From contig CAWDQK010000002.1 in the NCBI GenBank assembly GCA_963804395.1, positions 1,169 to 65,168 on the forward strand: DNA of 64,000 nt. Direction: 5' to 3'. A program made the translations under genes and the position numbers. The DNA comes from an uncultured Verrucomicrobiae bacterium. GTDB lineage: Bacteria > Verrucomicrobiota > Verrucomicrobiia > Opitutales > Opitutaceae. Shown here piece by piece: positions 10,186-19,230 of the stretch; the first letter of the stretch is position 1; each line of letters starts with the position of its first letter. The notes beneath the pieces were generated by a model. The model made no database searches. It worked only from the letters and a program-made list of their open reading frames with translations, and was not told the origin of the DNA.

Positions 10186-10237
10186 CTGTAGCGGAGCCGC
10201 GTCCGGCTCCGGCGGCGCGGAACGCCGCGCCGCTACG
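10186..10237. repeat. GC-rich hairpin repeat, family 3 (core GGCGGCGCGGAACGCCGCGCCGC nested in CTGTAGCGG..CCGCTACG)
   Basis: 23-nt core identical to 19174-19196. Sits just downstream of the minus-strand operon ending near 10291. Confidence 0.7.
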
Positions 10238-10400
10238 ACCCATCGCAGGCAAGCTCGATACTGCAATTTGCATAGTTACCACCAAGAGGGTCATCGTTCC
10301 GGTGTGGAGATGCGGAACGGCGCGGCGGCGTCGGTGGATTGCGCAAGGGCACCGCCAGCCACGGCTGAGAGAAGCAATCCGACGGCAATGGCTGTGGATT

Positions 10401-11882
10401 TCATGGCTGGTTGGCTTCAGCGTGGGCGGGCACAGCGCTCCTGGCCAGGTTGTCCAGGAGTGAGAGTTTTTCTTTGGCGGACGGATCCGATGACTCCCAT
10501 AGGGCAAATTCGATCAACGTGCGGGCTCCAGAGACGTCTCCGGCACGCAGGTCCCATGAGACGCAATCGATGGCCAACTGCGAATTCCGCGGGAAGAATC
10601 GCGCGCCTTCGTTGAGGCACGCCCGTTCCGGCCCGGTCGGTCCGCGACCGAGGTGCTGCAACACCCTGGCCTCAAGCAGATAGGCGCCCTCGATGGGGGG
10701 CGGCTGCTTCAGCATGACCGAGAGCATTTCGAGGATGCCGGCGGCCTGTGCGTCGCTGAGGTTCCGGTTGAGGCCCGCGGGTTTTTCCAAAGCATCCTGC
10801 AACTGGAGCCGGGCGAGCGCCAGGCGGGCCATGGGTCGGGCGGCGACGGCTTCCGGGTGTTCCGCAAGGATTGTGCATCCGCCTGCCGGGTCGCCGGTTT
10901 CGATCCGAAACAACGCCAGAGAGGCAAGAAGCTGCGGATCGCGCTGACCCAGGTCGTAGGCGCGTTGCAGCAACTTGCGGGTCTTCTCGATGTAAAGGGG
11001 CAGGGCGCTGGGGTAGTTCTCCTTGATGACGCGCAGGGTTCGCCGGGCCCATTCGCCCTTGATCCGGCGAATCTCCTCGGGGTTTGCCTCCCGCCATGCA
11101 ATCGGTGGGGGCGTGGCGATGGGCACGTAGGGTACCTGCAAGGGTTTTAGCACGGCCTGTGGCAGGTAGTCGCTGAGGGCGTCGCGAGCGTCGGCATAAT
11201 TCATCCCGAAACAGGACTGGAACAGGCCTTCGGTGACCGGCTGGGCCGCCGCCGCCGAAGCGAAGCGTCGGAGACGGTCCTTGCCTCCTGTGACGTTTTC
11301 TGAATAAGCCCATCGCACGAAGAGCTCGGATTGTGCCTCCCAGACACGCCGGTATTTCTCCGACTTGCTCACGGGAATTGACGGGACGAACACCTCGCGC
11401 ATGGGCAACAGCGGCCGGGGCGCCCCGGCATCGGAGCGCAGGACCATGGCTGCGCTCTCCGACAGCCAGGGGTCCGGCTCAAATCCGTCGATCTTGTTCT
11501 CGTGGGAAGATTTCGAGGCCGTCGAGACTATTGCCTGAAACAGAACACCCGGTTGGAGCTCCGGAAAGAGGCTCGATTCGTAGAGGCCGGAAATGCCCAC
11601 GCTGTACCACGCCGGCAGGGCGGGCGCACGCGATTCGAGCAGGAAGCGAAGGTAGGTGGGTGAACAGACGATCGGAGGGCCTTGCCTTCCCATGGATCGA
11701 TTCGTTCTCCACTGATAGTCTCTCAGAATCGCAAAGGTGTAGGTGGAGTCGGGATCCGACAAACGAAGGTCGAACATAGGCTCGAACCGACTGCGCTCGC
11801 TGGACCTAGCTGGAATCTGATAAAGTTCCTGCGCCATTTCCTTGTCTATTTTGGCCGTTAGCGATCGGGGAAAAAGGATCAA
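10401..11882 (-). CDS. hypothetical protein, 493 aa, helical repeat-like C-terminus
   Basis: Long ORF on minus strand with no signal peptide and no recognised domain. Its stop overlaps the start of a 37-codon signal-peptide micro-ORF (ATGA at 10401-10404). Confidence 0.55.
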   Translation of the reverse strand: MILFPRSLTAKIDKEMAQELYQIPARSSERSRFEPMFDLRLSDPDSTYTFAILRDYQWRTNRSMGRQGPPIVCSPTYLRFLLESRAPALPAWYSVGISGLYESSLFPELQPGVLFQAIVSTASKSSHENKIDGFEPDPWLSESAAMVLRSDAGAPRPLLPMREVFVPSIPVSKSEKYRRVWEAQSELFVRWAYSENVTGGKDRLRRFASAAAAQPVTEGLFQSCFGMNYADARDALSDYLPQAVLKPLQVPYVPIATPPPIAWREANPEEIRRIKGEWARRTLRVIKENYPSALPLYIEKTRKLLQRAYDLGQRDPQLLASLALFRIETGDPAGGCTILAEHPEAVAARPMARLALARLQLQDALEKPAGLNRNLSDAQAAGILEMLSVMLKQPPPIEGAYLLEARVLQHLGRGPTGPERACLNEGARFFPRNSQLAIDCVSWDLRAGDVSGARTLIEFALWESSDPSAKEKLSLLDNLARSAVPAHAEANQP

Positions 11883-12180
11883 GGTCGAACGGGAGCGCCG
11901 TTTTGAACAGGAATTCTTCCGGGATCAGCTGGTGGAGATAGACGAGATCGGTGCGGAGATCCTGGATGAACGCCTGGGTTTCATCCTCCTCGCCGGCAGA
12001 AAGGATCTCCAGACCGGAGCATTCACCATGAAGCCAGTGCGGGCCATCCAGGGGTTCGGCTTCAACCAGGAATGGAGGCAGCGCCACGACGTTCTCGGTC
12101 CGGGATTCCCCCGATCCCAGGAGGGGGGAAGATCCGGCCGGAATGCCCAGAAGCATCAGCCAGATACAGAATCGCCTCAT
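11806..12180 (-). CDS. small secreted hypothetical protein, 124 aa
   Basis: Reverse complement of 12151-12180 reads MRRFCIWLMLLGIPAGSS, so the ORF is on the minus strand although the supplied track labels it +. Signal peptide present. ATGA overlap with the stop of 12177-13460. Overlaps the 10401-11882 start by 77 nt in another frame, so the two may be one frameshifted gene. Confidence 0.4.
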   Translation of the reverse strand: MRRFCIWLMLLGIPAGSSPLLGSGESRTENVVALPPFLVEAEPLDGPHWLHGECSGLEILSAGEEDETQAFIQDLRTDLVYLHQLIPEEFLFKTALPFDLDPFSPIANGQNRQGNGAGTLSDSS

Positions 12181-13460
12181 GGGATGGCCTGTCTTTGGCC
12201 GATTTCGTAAAGCAGGTCGTCCGCCCGGTCGAAGACGAAATACCGGGCCGGGCCTGCACCGCCGGACGCGAGGAGGAGAAACCGGTGCCCGGCGGCGTCC
12301 GCCCCGAGAATGATGATCTGTCGGTCCGGCAGTTTTTCCTCGGCGAGTGCCTGGATCTCTGCGAGCGGCGGTTCAGCAGCGGATGCGCGGGAATCTTGGG
12401 CCGACGCGAGTCCGGCAGCCTTCGCCTCGGGTTCCGCACGCTTCCCGGCCAGGTTGAAACAGATCGGTTCAGTCGCTGACTGGGGAATCAGGACATGTCT
12501 CGCATCAGCCCACCTCAAGGGCGCGAACCCTGCTTGGAGACTTGGGATCTTCGCGACAGCCGGTCGTGTCACCCCGTCGACATTCACGATTACCAGCTTC
12601 GAGATTTGATTCTCCTTCTTCACATAGGCGACATGAGCGCCGTCGGGCGCCAGGGCGGCATGGCCCGGCTCCGGCTCAGGTGTGACGCCCAGGGATTTGA
12701 GTTCACCAATCGCGACATGACCCTCGGGAACCGGCTTGTGGGTCAGCCCAGGGCTGTCTTGTCCGAAGAAGCGGGAGGCATTCCCAACCATGGTCGCCAA
12801 TTGCTTGTCGAACTCGTTTCCTTGTTCGCGAATGCTGAAGCGTGTCTGCCAGAGCAGCCTGCTCTCCCCCTGCTTCAGTTTCATCTGGAAGTCGTAGGCC
12901 AGGAGGACGACAAAATAGCGGCGACTTTGCAGTTCAGAGTCCGACAGCGAACCATAACCCAGGAGTTTCGCTGTTTGCTGGATTCTCTCGGTATCCTTTT
13001 GGACCTCATCGTTGGGCAGACGGCTGTTTTCGATAAGGTCCGGCGGACCCGCTTTCTCACCAGGCTCCGCAATGCTTAGTGAGGGGAACGGGTCATGATA
13101 GTCGGGTGCGAGCGTGATTCCCCAATAGACCACGATCAGGAGCTTGGTCGCGTTGTGATCGCGGGACGGAACATAGTTTTGGCGAGACAGCGCACCGGCG
13201 ATTTTTTGGGCGAGATCCACAAATGACAGCTTGTCGATGGTGGGGTCGGCAATGTCTCCGCCCAAAGATCCGCCTTTCAGGAGAGTATACGTTTCGGGTT
13301 GGAACGATCCGTCGGCGAGCTTGGTGCGGACGTAGCCGTTGCTCGTCTCCGAGAACACCGCCTCGAAGTCCTCCGCCAGCACCGGGCATTGCCAGCAAAG
13401 CGCCGCCCAAAATCCAACCAGCGCAAGCAACCAGCCGCGATTGGGAAGCCGCGTTCTCAT
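12177..13460 (-). CDS. secreted hypothetical protein, paralog B of the family at 1239-3391, with C-terminal beta-propeller-like extension
   Basis: 427 aa. Signal peptide MRTRLPNRGWLLALVGFWAALCWQCPVLA. Family motifs YVRTKLADGS, DPTIDKLSFVDLAQKIAGAL, YVPSRDHNATKLLIVVYWG, RYFVVLLAYDF..LLWQTRFSIR. Confidence 0.65.
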   Translation of the reverse strand: MRTRLPNRGWLLALVGFWAALCWQCPVLAEDFEAVFSETSNGYVRTKLADGSFQPETYTLLKGGSLGGDIADPTIDKLSFVDLAQKIAGALSRQNYVPSRDHNATKLLIVVYWGITLAPDYHDPFPSLSIAEPGEKAGPPDLIENSRLPNDEVQKDTERIQQTAKLLGYGSLSDSELQSRRYFVVLLAYDFQMKLKQGESRLLWQTRFSIREQGNEFDKQLATMVGNASRFFGQDSPGLTHKPVPEGHVAIGELKSLGVTPEPEPGHAALAPDGAHVAYVKKENQISKLVIVNVDGVTRPAVAKIPSLQAGFAPLRWADARHVLIPQSATEPICFNLAGKRAEPEAKAAGLASAQDSRASAAEPPLAEIQALAEEKLPDRQIIILGADAAGHRFLLLASGGAGPARYFVFDRADDLLYEIGQRQAIP

Positions 13461-13468
13461 AATCGGGT

Positions 13469-16099
13469 CTATTGCGGATTGTTGCCGGAAGCCGGCGGCG
13501 GGCTCTGCAGGTCAGGCCCAAAGGCGTCCACGAGCGAGCGGATCGTCAGATTCTTCCGGACCTCGTCCAGGGAGGCCGCGCCTTTGAGCTGGATGTCAAC
13601 CGACTCTCCGGGCAGCAGGTCGAAATAGTTGTCCGAAGGCTCCACGTTCAGCTCCCCGAACGAAAGGCAGACGCTGCGGGCGAGCGCATCGGAGGCAACG
13701 CGCACGCGGCACGTGTCGCCCTCCTGAAAAACTTCGGTTGAGAGGTGGACCACGGGAATGCGGACCTCTTTCGTCGGCCGCAGATAAACGAGGTTGTGAG
13801 CGACGACGCGGCCTTCAACCGAAAGCTCCGCCACGACGAACGTCTTCGCTGTGTCCGTCCCGGCCGGGACCAGTTGCGCCAGTCCGGTTTGAACGGAGAC
13901 TTGGCTCGACAGCGCGGGAATCTGCACCGGCGCAGTCTTGTCGTGCAGAACGGTTCCGCTGAACGTCATCAGGCGCACGCGGAGCTGGCCGGCGGTGGGC
14001 TGCGTCCGGTCGGACACGACGTACACGGCCAGCTGATCGTTCTCGATGTGCGGCGACACGAGCATCGGGGCATAGAAACGCCGGGCGTAGTACTGCAGGG
14101 CCTTCCACCGGCCAGCGTAGTCGATGCTCGCCCAGGATGCCACCGGCCAGCAGTCATTCAGCTGCCAGAAGATCGAGCCCATGCAGCGCGGCCGCTCGCA
14201 CCGCAGATGCTCCGCGCCGACCTTGACGCCCTCCGCTTGCAGCACCTGGCTGACGTAAAGCAGCGAGGCAAGATCCTTCGGCTCGGGATAGTCGCGGAGC
14301 AGGTATTCGTGGATCAGCCCGTTGCCGATCGGACTCTTCTGGTGCGCGAGCATCACCGGCGTGAAGATCCCCGTGCGGTCGTCGGCCGCCGTGTAGGACT
14401 CGACGGTCCGCATTTCCGGGAAGGATTGAAACCCGTACTCCGAGACAAAACGGAAATGATGTTTCTCGTAGGAGGCAAACGGTTCCTTGCCGTGCCAGAT
14501 GCTCCAGTCGTGAATGTCGCCTGACTCGTAGGCGGGCGACGTTGGCTCGTAGTCGGCGCTGGGCGAGCTCGGCCAATACGGCGTCTCCGGGGAAAACCGG
14601 CTGACAGCCTGGCCGAGAATGCCGCTGGAGATTGTAATGTAGTCTTTCCACATCTGGAGGAAGACGGGGGCCTCGCGCGGATGGGACTTCTGGTTCCAAT
14701 CCATCGCTCCCTCCGTCTCGTTGTTGCCGCTCCACAGGACGATGCTCGGATGATCTCGCAGCCGCTTGATCTGATCCTCGGCTTCCTGGGCGACGTTCAA
14801 TTTGAATGGATAGGTGCCCGGTTGCATTTCATTGCCGAACATGAAGTCCTGCCAGACCATCAGTCCGAGTTCGTCGCAGAGGCCGTAGAACTCGTCCGTC
14901 TCGTAATAGCCGCCGCCCCAGTGGCGGATCATGTTCATGTTGGCCGTCCGGGCGGATTCGAGGATTCGGCGGTAGTCTGCCGTCGTCACGCGATTGGGAA
15001 AACTGTCAAAGGGGATCACGTCCGCGCCTTTGGCGAAGACCGGCACGCCATTGATCACGAACTCGAACGAGCGTCCCCATGCGTCAATGTCCCGGCGCAG
15101 CGCCGCGTTGCGCAGGCCCGTGCGAATCTTGCGCGTGTCCACGGGCTGCGTCCCAATCGCGACCACAGCTTCGAACGCGTACAGCGGCTGGTCGCCATAG
15201 CCGCTCGGGAACCAGAGCTTTGGCTCATTGATTTCGATGGGGAAATCCACGTGGTTGACGCCGGCATGGAGCGAAACCTTGCGTTGCAACTGCGCCGGGC
15301 GCCCGGCGTCCAGATATCGCAGAGTCACTTCCGCATCGGTGTTCGCCGACGCAGCAATTTCGACCTCGGCCGCGAGGTGCGCGACTGCCGCGGCCACGTC
15401 GCGCTGCCGGATATGCAAATCCGAGATCCGCGCCTCGTTCCAGGCTTCGAGCCGGAGCGGACGCCAGATGCCGCTGGTAACAAACGTCGGGCCCCAGTCC
15501 CAGCCGTACTCGTAGGCGGCCTTGCGGACATAGGTCTTGGCCTCGACGCCGGTCCGCGCGCGCCAGGGATCGGCGGCGGCCACCTTCTCCGCGGCCGAGC
15601 CGGGCGACGGGAAAACCACCAGCAGTTGGTTGGCGCCGGCTTTGAGCCACGGTTTCGCGTCCACCCGCCAGAGGCGGAACATGTTGTTCGCGGTGAGCAC
15701 CAGTTGGTCGTTCAGGTAGACTTCGCAGAACGCGTCCAGCCCTTCAAACACGAGCTCGATGTTCCGATGCTGCAGCAGTTCGGGCGTCGCGACGACGGTG
15801 GTGCGGTACTCCCAGGCGGCCTGGCTGATCCACTGCAGCTTGGCCTCGTTGTCGCGAAAAAACGGATCGGGAATCAGCCGGTGGCGCAGCAGATCGAGGT
15901 GCACATCCCCGGGCACCTTCGCCGGCAGCCAATCCGAGGCGACAGCGCCGGGTTGCGCGTCGCGCTGGCGGAATTCCCATCCCTGGTCCAGTGAGATGAC
16001 CTGTTTCTCCGACGTTTTCATCTGAGCGAAGGATTTTGAGACAGAACAACCGAGCGTGACGGTTGCGCAGAGCAGAAGAGGGAATGGGTGAGTTCTCAT
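13469..16099 (-). CDS. glycoside hydrolase family 2, beta-mannosidase-like, secreted
   Basis: Start taken at the internal Met (MRTHPFPLLLCATVTLGCSVSKSFAQ signal peptide). The upstream part of ORF 13469-16246 has no support. GH2 segment NMIRHWGGGYYETDEFYGLCDELGLMVWQDFMFGNE. Confidence 0.85.
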   Translation of the reverse strand: MRTHPFPLLLCATVTLGCSVSKSFAQMKTSEKQVISLDQGWEFRQRDAQPGAVASDWLPAKVPGDVHLDLLRHRLIPDPFFRDNEAKLQWISQAAWEYRTTVVATPELLQHRNIELVFEGLDAFCEVYLNDQLVLTANNMFRLWRVDAKPWLKAGANQLLVVFPSPGSAAEKVAAADPWRARTGVEAKTYVRKAAYEYGWDWGPTFVTSGIWRPLRLEAWNEARISDLHIRQRDVAAAVAHLAAEVEIAASANTDAEVTLRYLDAGRPAQLQRKVSLHAGVNHVDFPIEINEPKLWFPSGYGDQPLYAFEAVVAIGTQPVDTRKIRTGLRNAALRRDIDAWGRSFEFVINGVPVFAKGADVIPFDSFPNRVTTADYRRILESARTANMNMIRHWGGGYYETDEFYGLCDELGLMVWQDFMFGNEMQPGTYPFKLNVAQEAEDQIKRLRDHPSIVLWSGNNETEGAMDWNQKSHPREAPVFLQMWKDYITISSGILGQAVSRFSPETPYWPSSPSADYEPTSPAYESGDIHDWSIWHGKEPFASYEKHHFRFVSEYGFQSFPEMRTVESYTAADDRTGIFTPVMLAHQKSPIGNGLIHEYLLRDYPEPKDLASLLYVSQVLQAEGVKVGAEHLRCERPRCMGSIFWQLNDCWPVASWASIDYAGRWKALQYYARRFYAPMLVSPHIENDQLAVYVVSDRTQPTAGQLRVRLMTFSGTVLHDKTAPVQIPALSSQVSVQTGLAQLVPAGTDTAKTFVVAELSVEGRVVAHNLVYLRPTKEVRIPVVHLSTEVFQEGDTCRVRVASDALARSVCLSFGELNVEPSDNYFDLLPGESVDIQLKGAASLDEVRKNLTIRSLVDAFGPDLQSPPPASGNNPQ

Positions 16100-16251
16100 G
16101 TCTGTAGTAGTAGCTAGATCGAGGGGAAGCTCGCTTCTACGATGTGCATAGTACGAATTGGACTGCAACCAAGGGTGGAGGGCGCTGCGCCGGCCTTCGC
16201 CAAGGCTACGGCACGGCTGGCCGTCAGCGCCCTTTCGATTGGGCAACTGTT

Positions 16252-16316
16252 GCGGACACGGCGGTCCGCCCTCCGCTCGCTCACGCTCGCAGCTACGTTT
16301 GCGTTCTCGGCTACAG
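16252..16316. repeat. mosaic GC-rich repeat (GCGGACACGGCGGTCCGCC module + family 2 module + GGCTACAG family 1 module)
   Basis: Reverse complement of GGCGGACCGCCGTGTCCGC (also at 55905-55924 and 36371-36420) joined to the reverse complement of the family 2 arm (916-956) and ending in CGGCTACAG. Confidence 0.6.
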
Positions 16317-16337
16317 TTCTAATTAAACCGCTCAAGT

Positions 16338-18899
16338 CTAATTCAACAGGTGCCCGGCTTCATCCAAGATCGCTGGATCGACCGGCAGGGTCTTCAGGTC
16401 AGTCTTCAGCTGCTCATAGTTCTTCAGAAACGCTTCGACGTCCTGCACGCATCCCGCCGGGTTGTAGTTGATCTTGATGTCCGTCAGTTCGGTGCCCGCC
16501 AGGGCGGATGGCAGCAGGTCGCCTTTCCAATTCGATTTGATCAGGCGGAGGCAGCTGGTCAGACGAGCCATCTTACCGATCACGCCGTTGAGGTCGGCCG
16601 ACTTTGCCAGGGTTTCGGGCGCGTAGGCGACCGTCACGGTGACCTTGCTGCTACACGCGGTGGATGGCACAAAAATGTGCGTGGTGAGGTCTGCGCCGGT
16701 GTAATCCCAACTGGCGCCCGACGCTTCCGTGGAATAGGCAATCCTGGTTCCGTTGACGGTAACCTGCGCCGGTGGGAACCGGCCGCAGAACTGGACTTCG
16801 TAGGAACGCGCTGCGGTCATCCCGGTATAGCTGCCTTCGCGCGGGAGGATCGTCAGCGTCATCGACCCGTCGGGGTTTTGGACGGTTTGGAGCGGCGTGA
16901 ACGCATATCCCTTGTTCTGGTATTCGAGACTGTCGCCCTGGTCTTCATACATGCGGGCGGATGCAGCACCGCCCGGGAAGACGCGCACGATGAGCTTGTC
17001 CGGATTCTGCTGGAGGTTGTCGATGCGCGGATACAACGGGATGATTGCGCCGGCCCGGACGTATACCGGCACCTGGTTGATCATGAACCTCCGCTCGTAG
17101 GTCTGGCCGCCTTTGAGCAGGGTGCCGCTAAACCATTCGTACCAGTCGCCCTCCGGCAGCCAGACGTTCACCGTCGCGAGGCCCTGGTTTTCCTTCGAGG
17201 TCACCGGGCGCACGATCAGGTCGTCGCCAAACAGGTACTGATTCGGGCAGGCATAGGCCTCCTTCTGGCCGGCGTAGTCATAGTACATCGGATGGCAGAG
17301 CGAGACACCTGTGTCGTAGGCTTTGCGGGCCATCGTATACACATAGGGCGCCAGAGCGTATCGGAGGCTGATGGCGTCGAACATCGGACCGCGGTAATAC
17401 GGGGGATAGGTCCAGACCTCCTTGTTGATTCTGGCATCCTTGGTCGAATGGGTCCGGAAGATCGGGCTGAAGGTGGCGAACTGCAGCCAGCGCGTGTAGA
17501 GCTCGGGATCCATGGGACGCACCGGATCCACCGGTTGCGCAAGCATGTGTCCGCCGATGTCATGGCTCCAATATCCATAGCCGACATTGGCGGCGGTGGA
17601 GGTGAAATACGGTTGGTAGTCCAGCGAGTTCCAGGTGATGTACGTGTCGCCGGAGAACCCGATCTGGTACCGGTGGTTCCCCATGCCGCCCCAGCGGTGG
17701 TAGATCAGGGGCCGGTGTTCCCCGGAACGTTCCATGTCCGAGAAGAAGCAGTAGTTCAGCCACCAGGTATTGCTCAACTCGGGAAGCTGCCTGGAATTCG
17801 GCCATTGCTGCCAGTCCAGCCACCAGAAATCCACTCCCTGCCGCTGCAACGGATGCAGGACGATATTAAACAAATTCGTCATGTACCGTTTGTCCGCGGC
17901 CTCGAACGGCACCGGTTGCGAGCCGGCTGGGTCGAAGCCCATGGCCCGCGCGAATTCGGGGTATCTCTCCTCGGTGGACTGGATGCCCGACGCCGGATGG
18001 AGATTCAGCGTCGTCTTCAACCGCTGCTGGTGGACCCAATTCAGAAACGCCGCCGGCTCGGGGAAGAGGCTGCGATTCCAGGTGAATCCGGTCCAACCCT
18101 CGGTGTGCCAGTCCATGTCGACGACCAGCACGTCGCAGGGAATCTGGTAGCGGTGGAAATTGCCGACCAGTTCCCGGAGTTCGCGGTCGGAGTAGTTCCA
18201 GTAGCGCGACCACCAGTACCCGAAGGCGAAGCGCGGCGGCAGCGGAATCTTGCCGGCAACCTGCGTGAAATCATAGAGCGCGGCCTTGTAGTCCCGCGCG
18301 TATCCAAAGAAGTACCAATCCTGCCGTTCCCCCGCCGGACGCGGCTGAACCCAGCTCCAATCGGAACCGTCAAACAGCAGGTTCGCCGAGTCATCCGACA
18401 GACACCATCCGTCGGTCGAGATGAGGCCGTCTCCCAAAGCGATGTCTTTTTGGTCTTCGACGTGGAGAGGACCGTTGCAGCCATCGAGCGTCCGATAGGT
18501 GCCCTTAAGATTGCCCGCGTTCTTCTCGCCGGGCTTCCAGGCAACCGGATTGCGGGGGTCGCGGAATGTTATCTGGAGATTCTCAGCCGTGAACCGGCCC
18601 GATCCCAATCGGTACCTGAGTTCGAGTTTCTCGGTCTGAATGGAAAGATATCCGTCTTTCTCCGCCTTGGAATACTGCGGAACGGGAAGGTCGCGGTTGA
18701 GGTACAGCAATGAGGCGTGATCCTCGAACTGCCCAGCGGCGTCCCATTCCATCCGGATCAGCCCCGGGGTCAGCACCGTGAATCTGGCGTCGGGGCAGGT
18801 GACCACCGCGGCCGGATTGGCAACAGGATTGTTTCCGGCCTCCACCGGCGCGACCAGACAGAACAAAAACAGGAGCAGTGAACCGATGAACGATTTCAT
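16338..18899 (-). CDS. glycoside hydrolase family 31 (alpha-glucosidase/alpha-xylosidase-like), secreted
   Basis: Start at the internal Met (MKSFIGSLLLFLFCLVAPVEA signal peptide). GH31 hallmarks GWTGFTWN, DFWWLDWQQW, WSHDIGGH. The upstream 41 codons of the ORF run across a repeat array. Confidence 0.85.
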   Translation of the reverse strand: MKSFIGSLLLFLFCLVAPVEAGNNPVANPAAVVTCPDARFTVLTPGLIRMEWDAAGQFEDHASLLYLNRDLPVPQYSKAEKDGYLSIQTEKLELRYRLGSGRFTAENLQITFRDPRNPVAWKPGEKNAGNLKGTYRTLDGCNGPLHVEDQKDIALGDGLISTDGWCLSDDSANLLFDGSDWSWVQPRPAGERQDWYFFGYARDYKAALYDFTQVAGKIPLPPRFAFGYWWSRYWNYSDRELRELVGNFHRYQIPCDVLVVDMDWHTEGWTGFTWNRSLFPEPAAFLNWVHQQRLKTTLNLHPASGIQSTEERYPEFARAMGFDPAGSQPVPFEAADKRYMTNLFNIVLHPLQRQGVDFWWLDWQQWPNSRQLPELSNTWWLNYCFFSDMERSGEHRPLIYHRWGGMGNHRYQIGFSGDTYITWNSLDYQPYFTSTAANVGYGYWSHDIGGHMLAQPVDPVRPMDPELYTRWLQFATFSPIFRTHSTKDARINKEVWTYPPYYRGPMFDAISLRYALAPYVYTMARKAYDTGVSLCHPMYYDYAGQKEAYACPNQYLFGDDLIVRPVTSKENQGLATVNVWLPEGDWYEWFSGTLLKGGQTYERRFMINQVPVYVRAGAIIPLYPRIDNLQQNPDKLIVRVFPGGAASARMYEDQGDSLEYQNKGYAFTPLQTVQNPDGSMTLTILPREGSYTGMTAARSYEVQFCGRFPPAQVTVNGTRIAYSTEASGASWDYTGADLTTHIFVPSTACSSKVTVTVAYAPETLAKSADLNGVIGKMARLTSCLRLIKSNWKGDLLPSALAGTELTDIKINYNPAGCVQDVEAFLKNYEQLKTDLKTLPVDPAILDEAGHLLN

Positions 18900-18939
18900 G
18901 GGACCTGGATGGTTTGGGTGTAGCCGGGGGCGCCCGCCC

Positions 18940-19100
18940 TGACCCATTCGACTCCGCTCAGGGTCATCCTGAGCCTGTCGAACGGATGAGCCTGTCGAAC
19001 GGGCTGCCCCCGGTCTGTTCATTCGAAAATCCAGGCCGGCCTCAACGCGGTCGGCTACAGCGGACGGTCATCTGTAGCCGGGGGCGCTGACCCCGGTCTG
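18940..19100. repeat. GC-rich mosaic palindromic repeat array, family 1
   Basis: CTGAGCCTGTCGAACGG x2, GGCCGGCCTCAACGCGG, CGGCTACAGCGGACGGTCATCTGTAGCC (8-bp arms around an 11-nt loop), GGGGGCGCTGACCCCGG. Confidence 0.7.
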
Positions 19101-19173
19101 GTTAGGACGGAAGTGTTGACTCTCCCAATACATTCGGCGTGCCTGCGGCTCAATGTCTTTCAGATCCGGTTCC

Positions 19174-19196
19174 GGCGGCGCGGAACGCCGCGCCGC
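19174..19196. repeat. GC-rich hairpin repeat, family 3 (GGCGGCGCGGAACGCCGCGCCGC)
   Basis: Identical 23-nt core to 10211-10233. Lies just downstream of deoC on the minus strand. Confidence 0.7.
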
Positions 19197-19230
19197 GACG
19201 CGGCCAATCAGAAACGAAACTGACGTCGAC

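Noticed and set aside
11806-12180. Strand label of this ORF in the supplied track (+)
   Set aside because: The reverse complement of 12151-12180 translates to MRRFCIWLML, and of 11880-11990 to ..SAGEEDETQAFIQDLRTDLVYLHQ.., so the protein shown is encoded on the minus strand. I treated it as a minus-strand gene in the paralog B operon.
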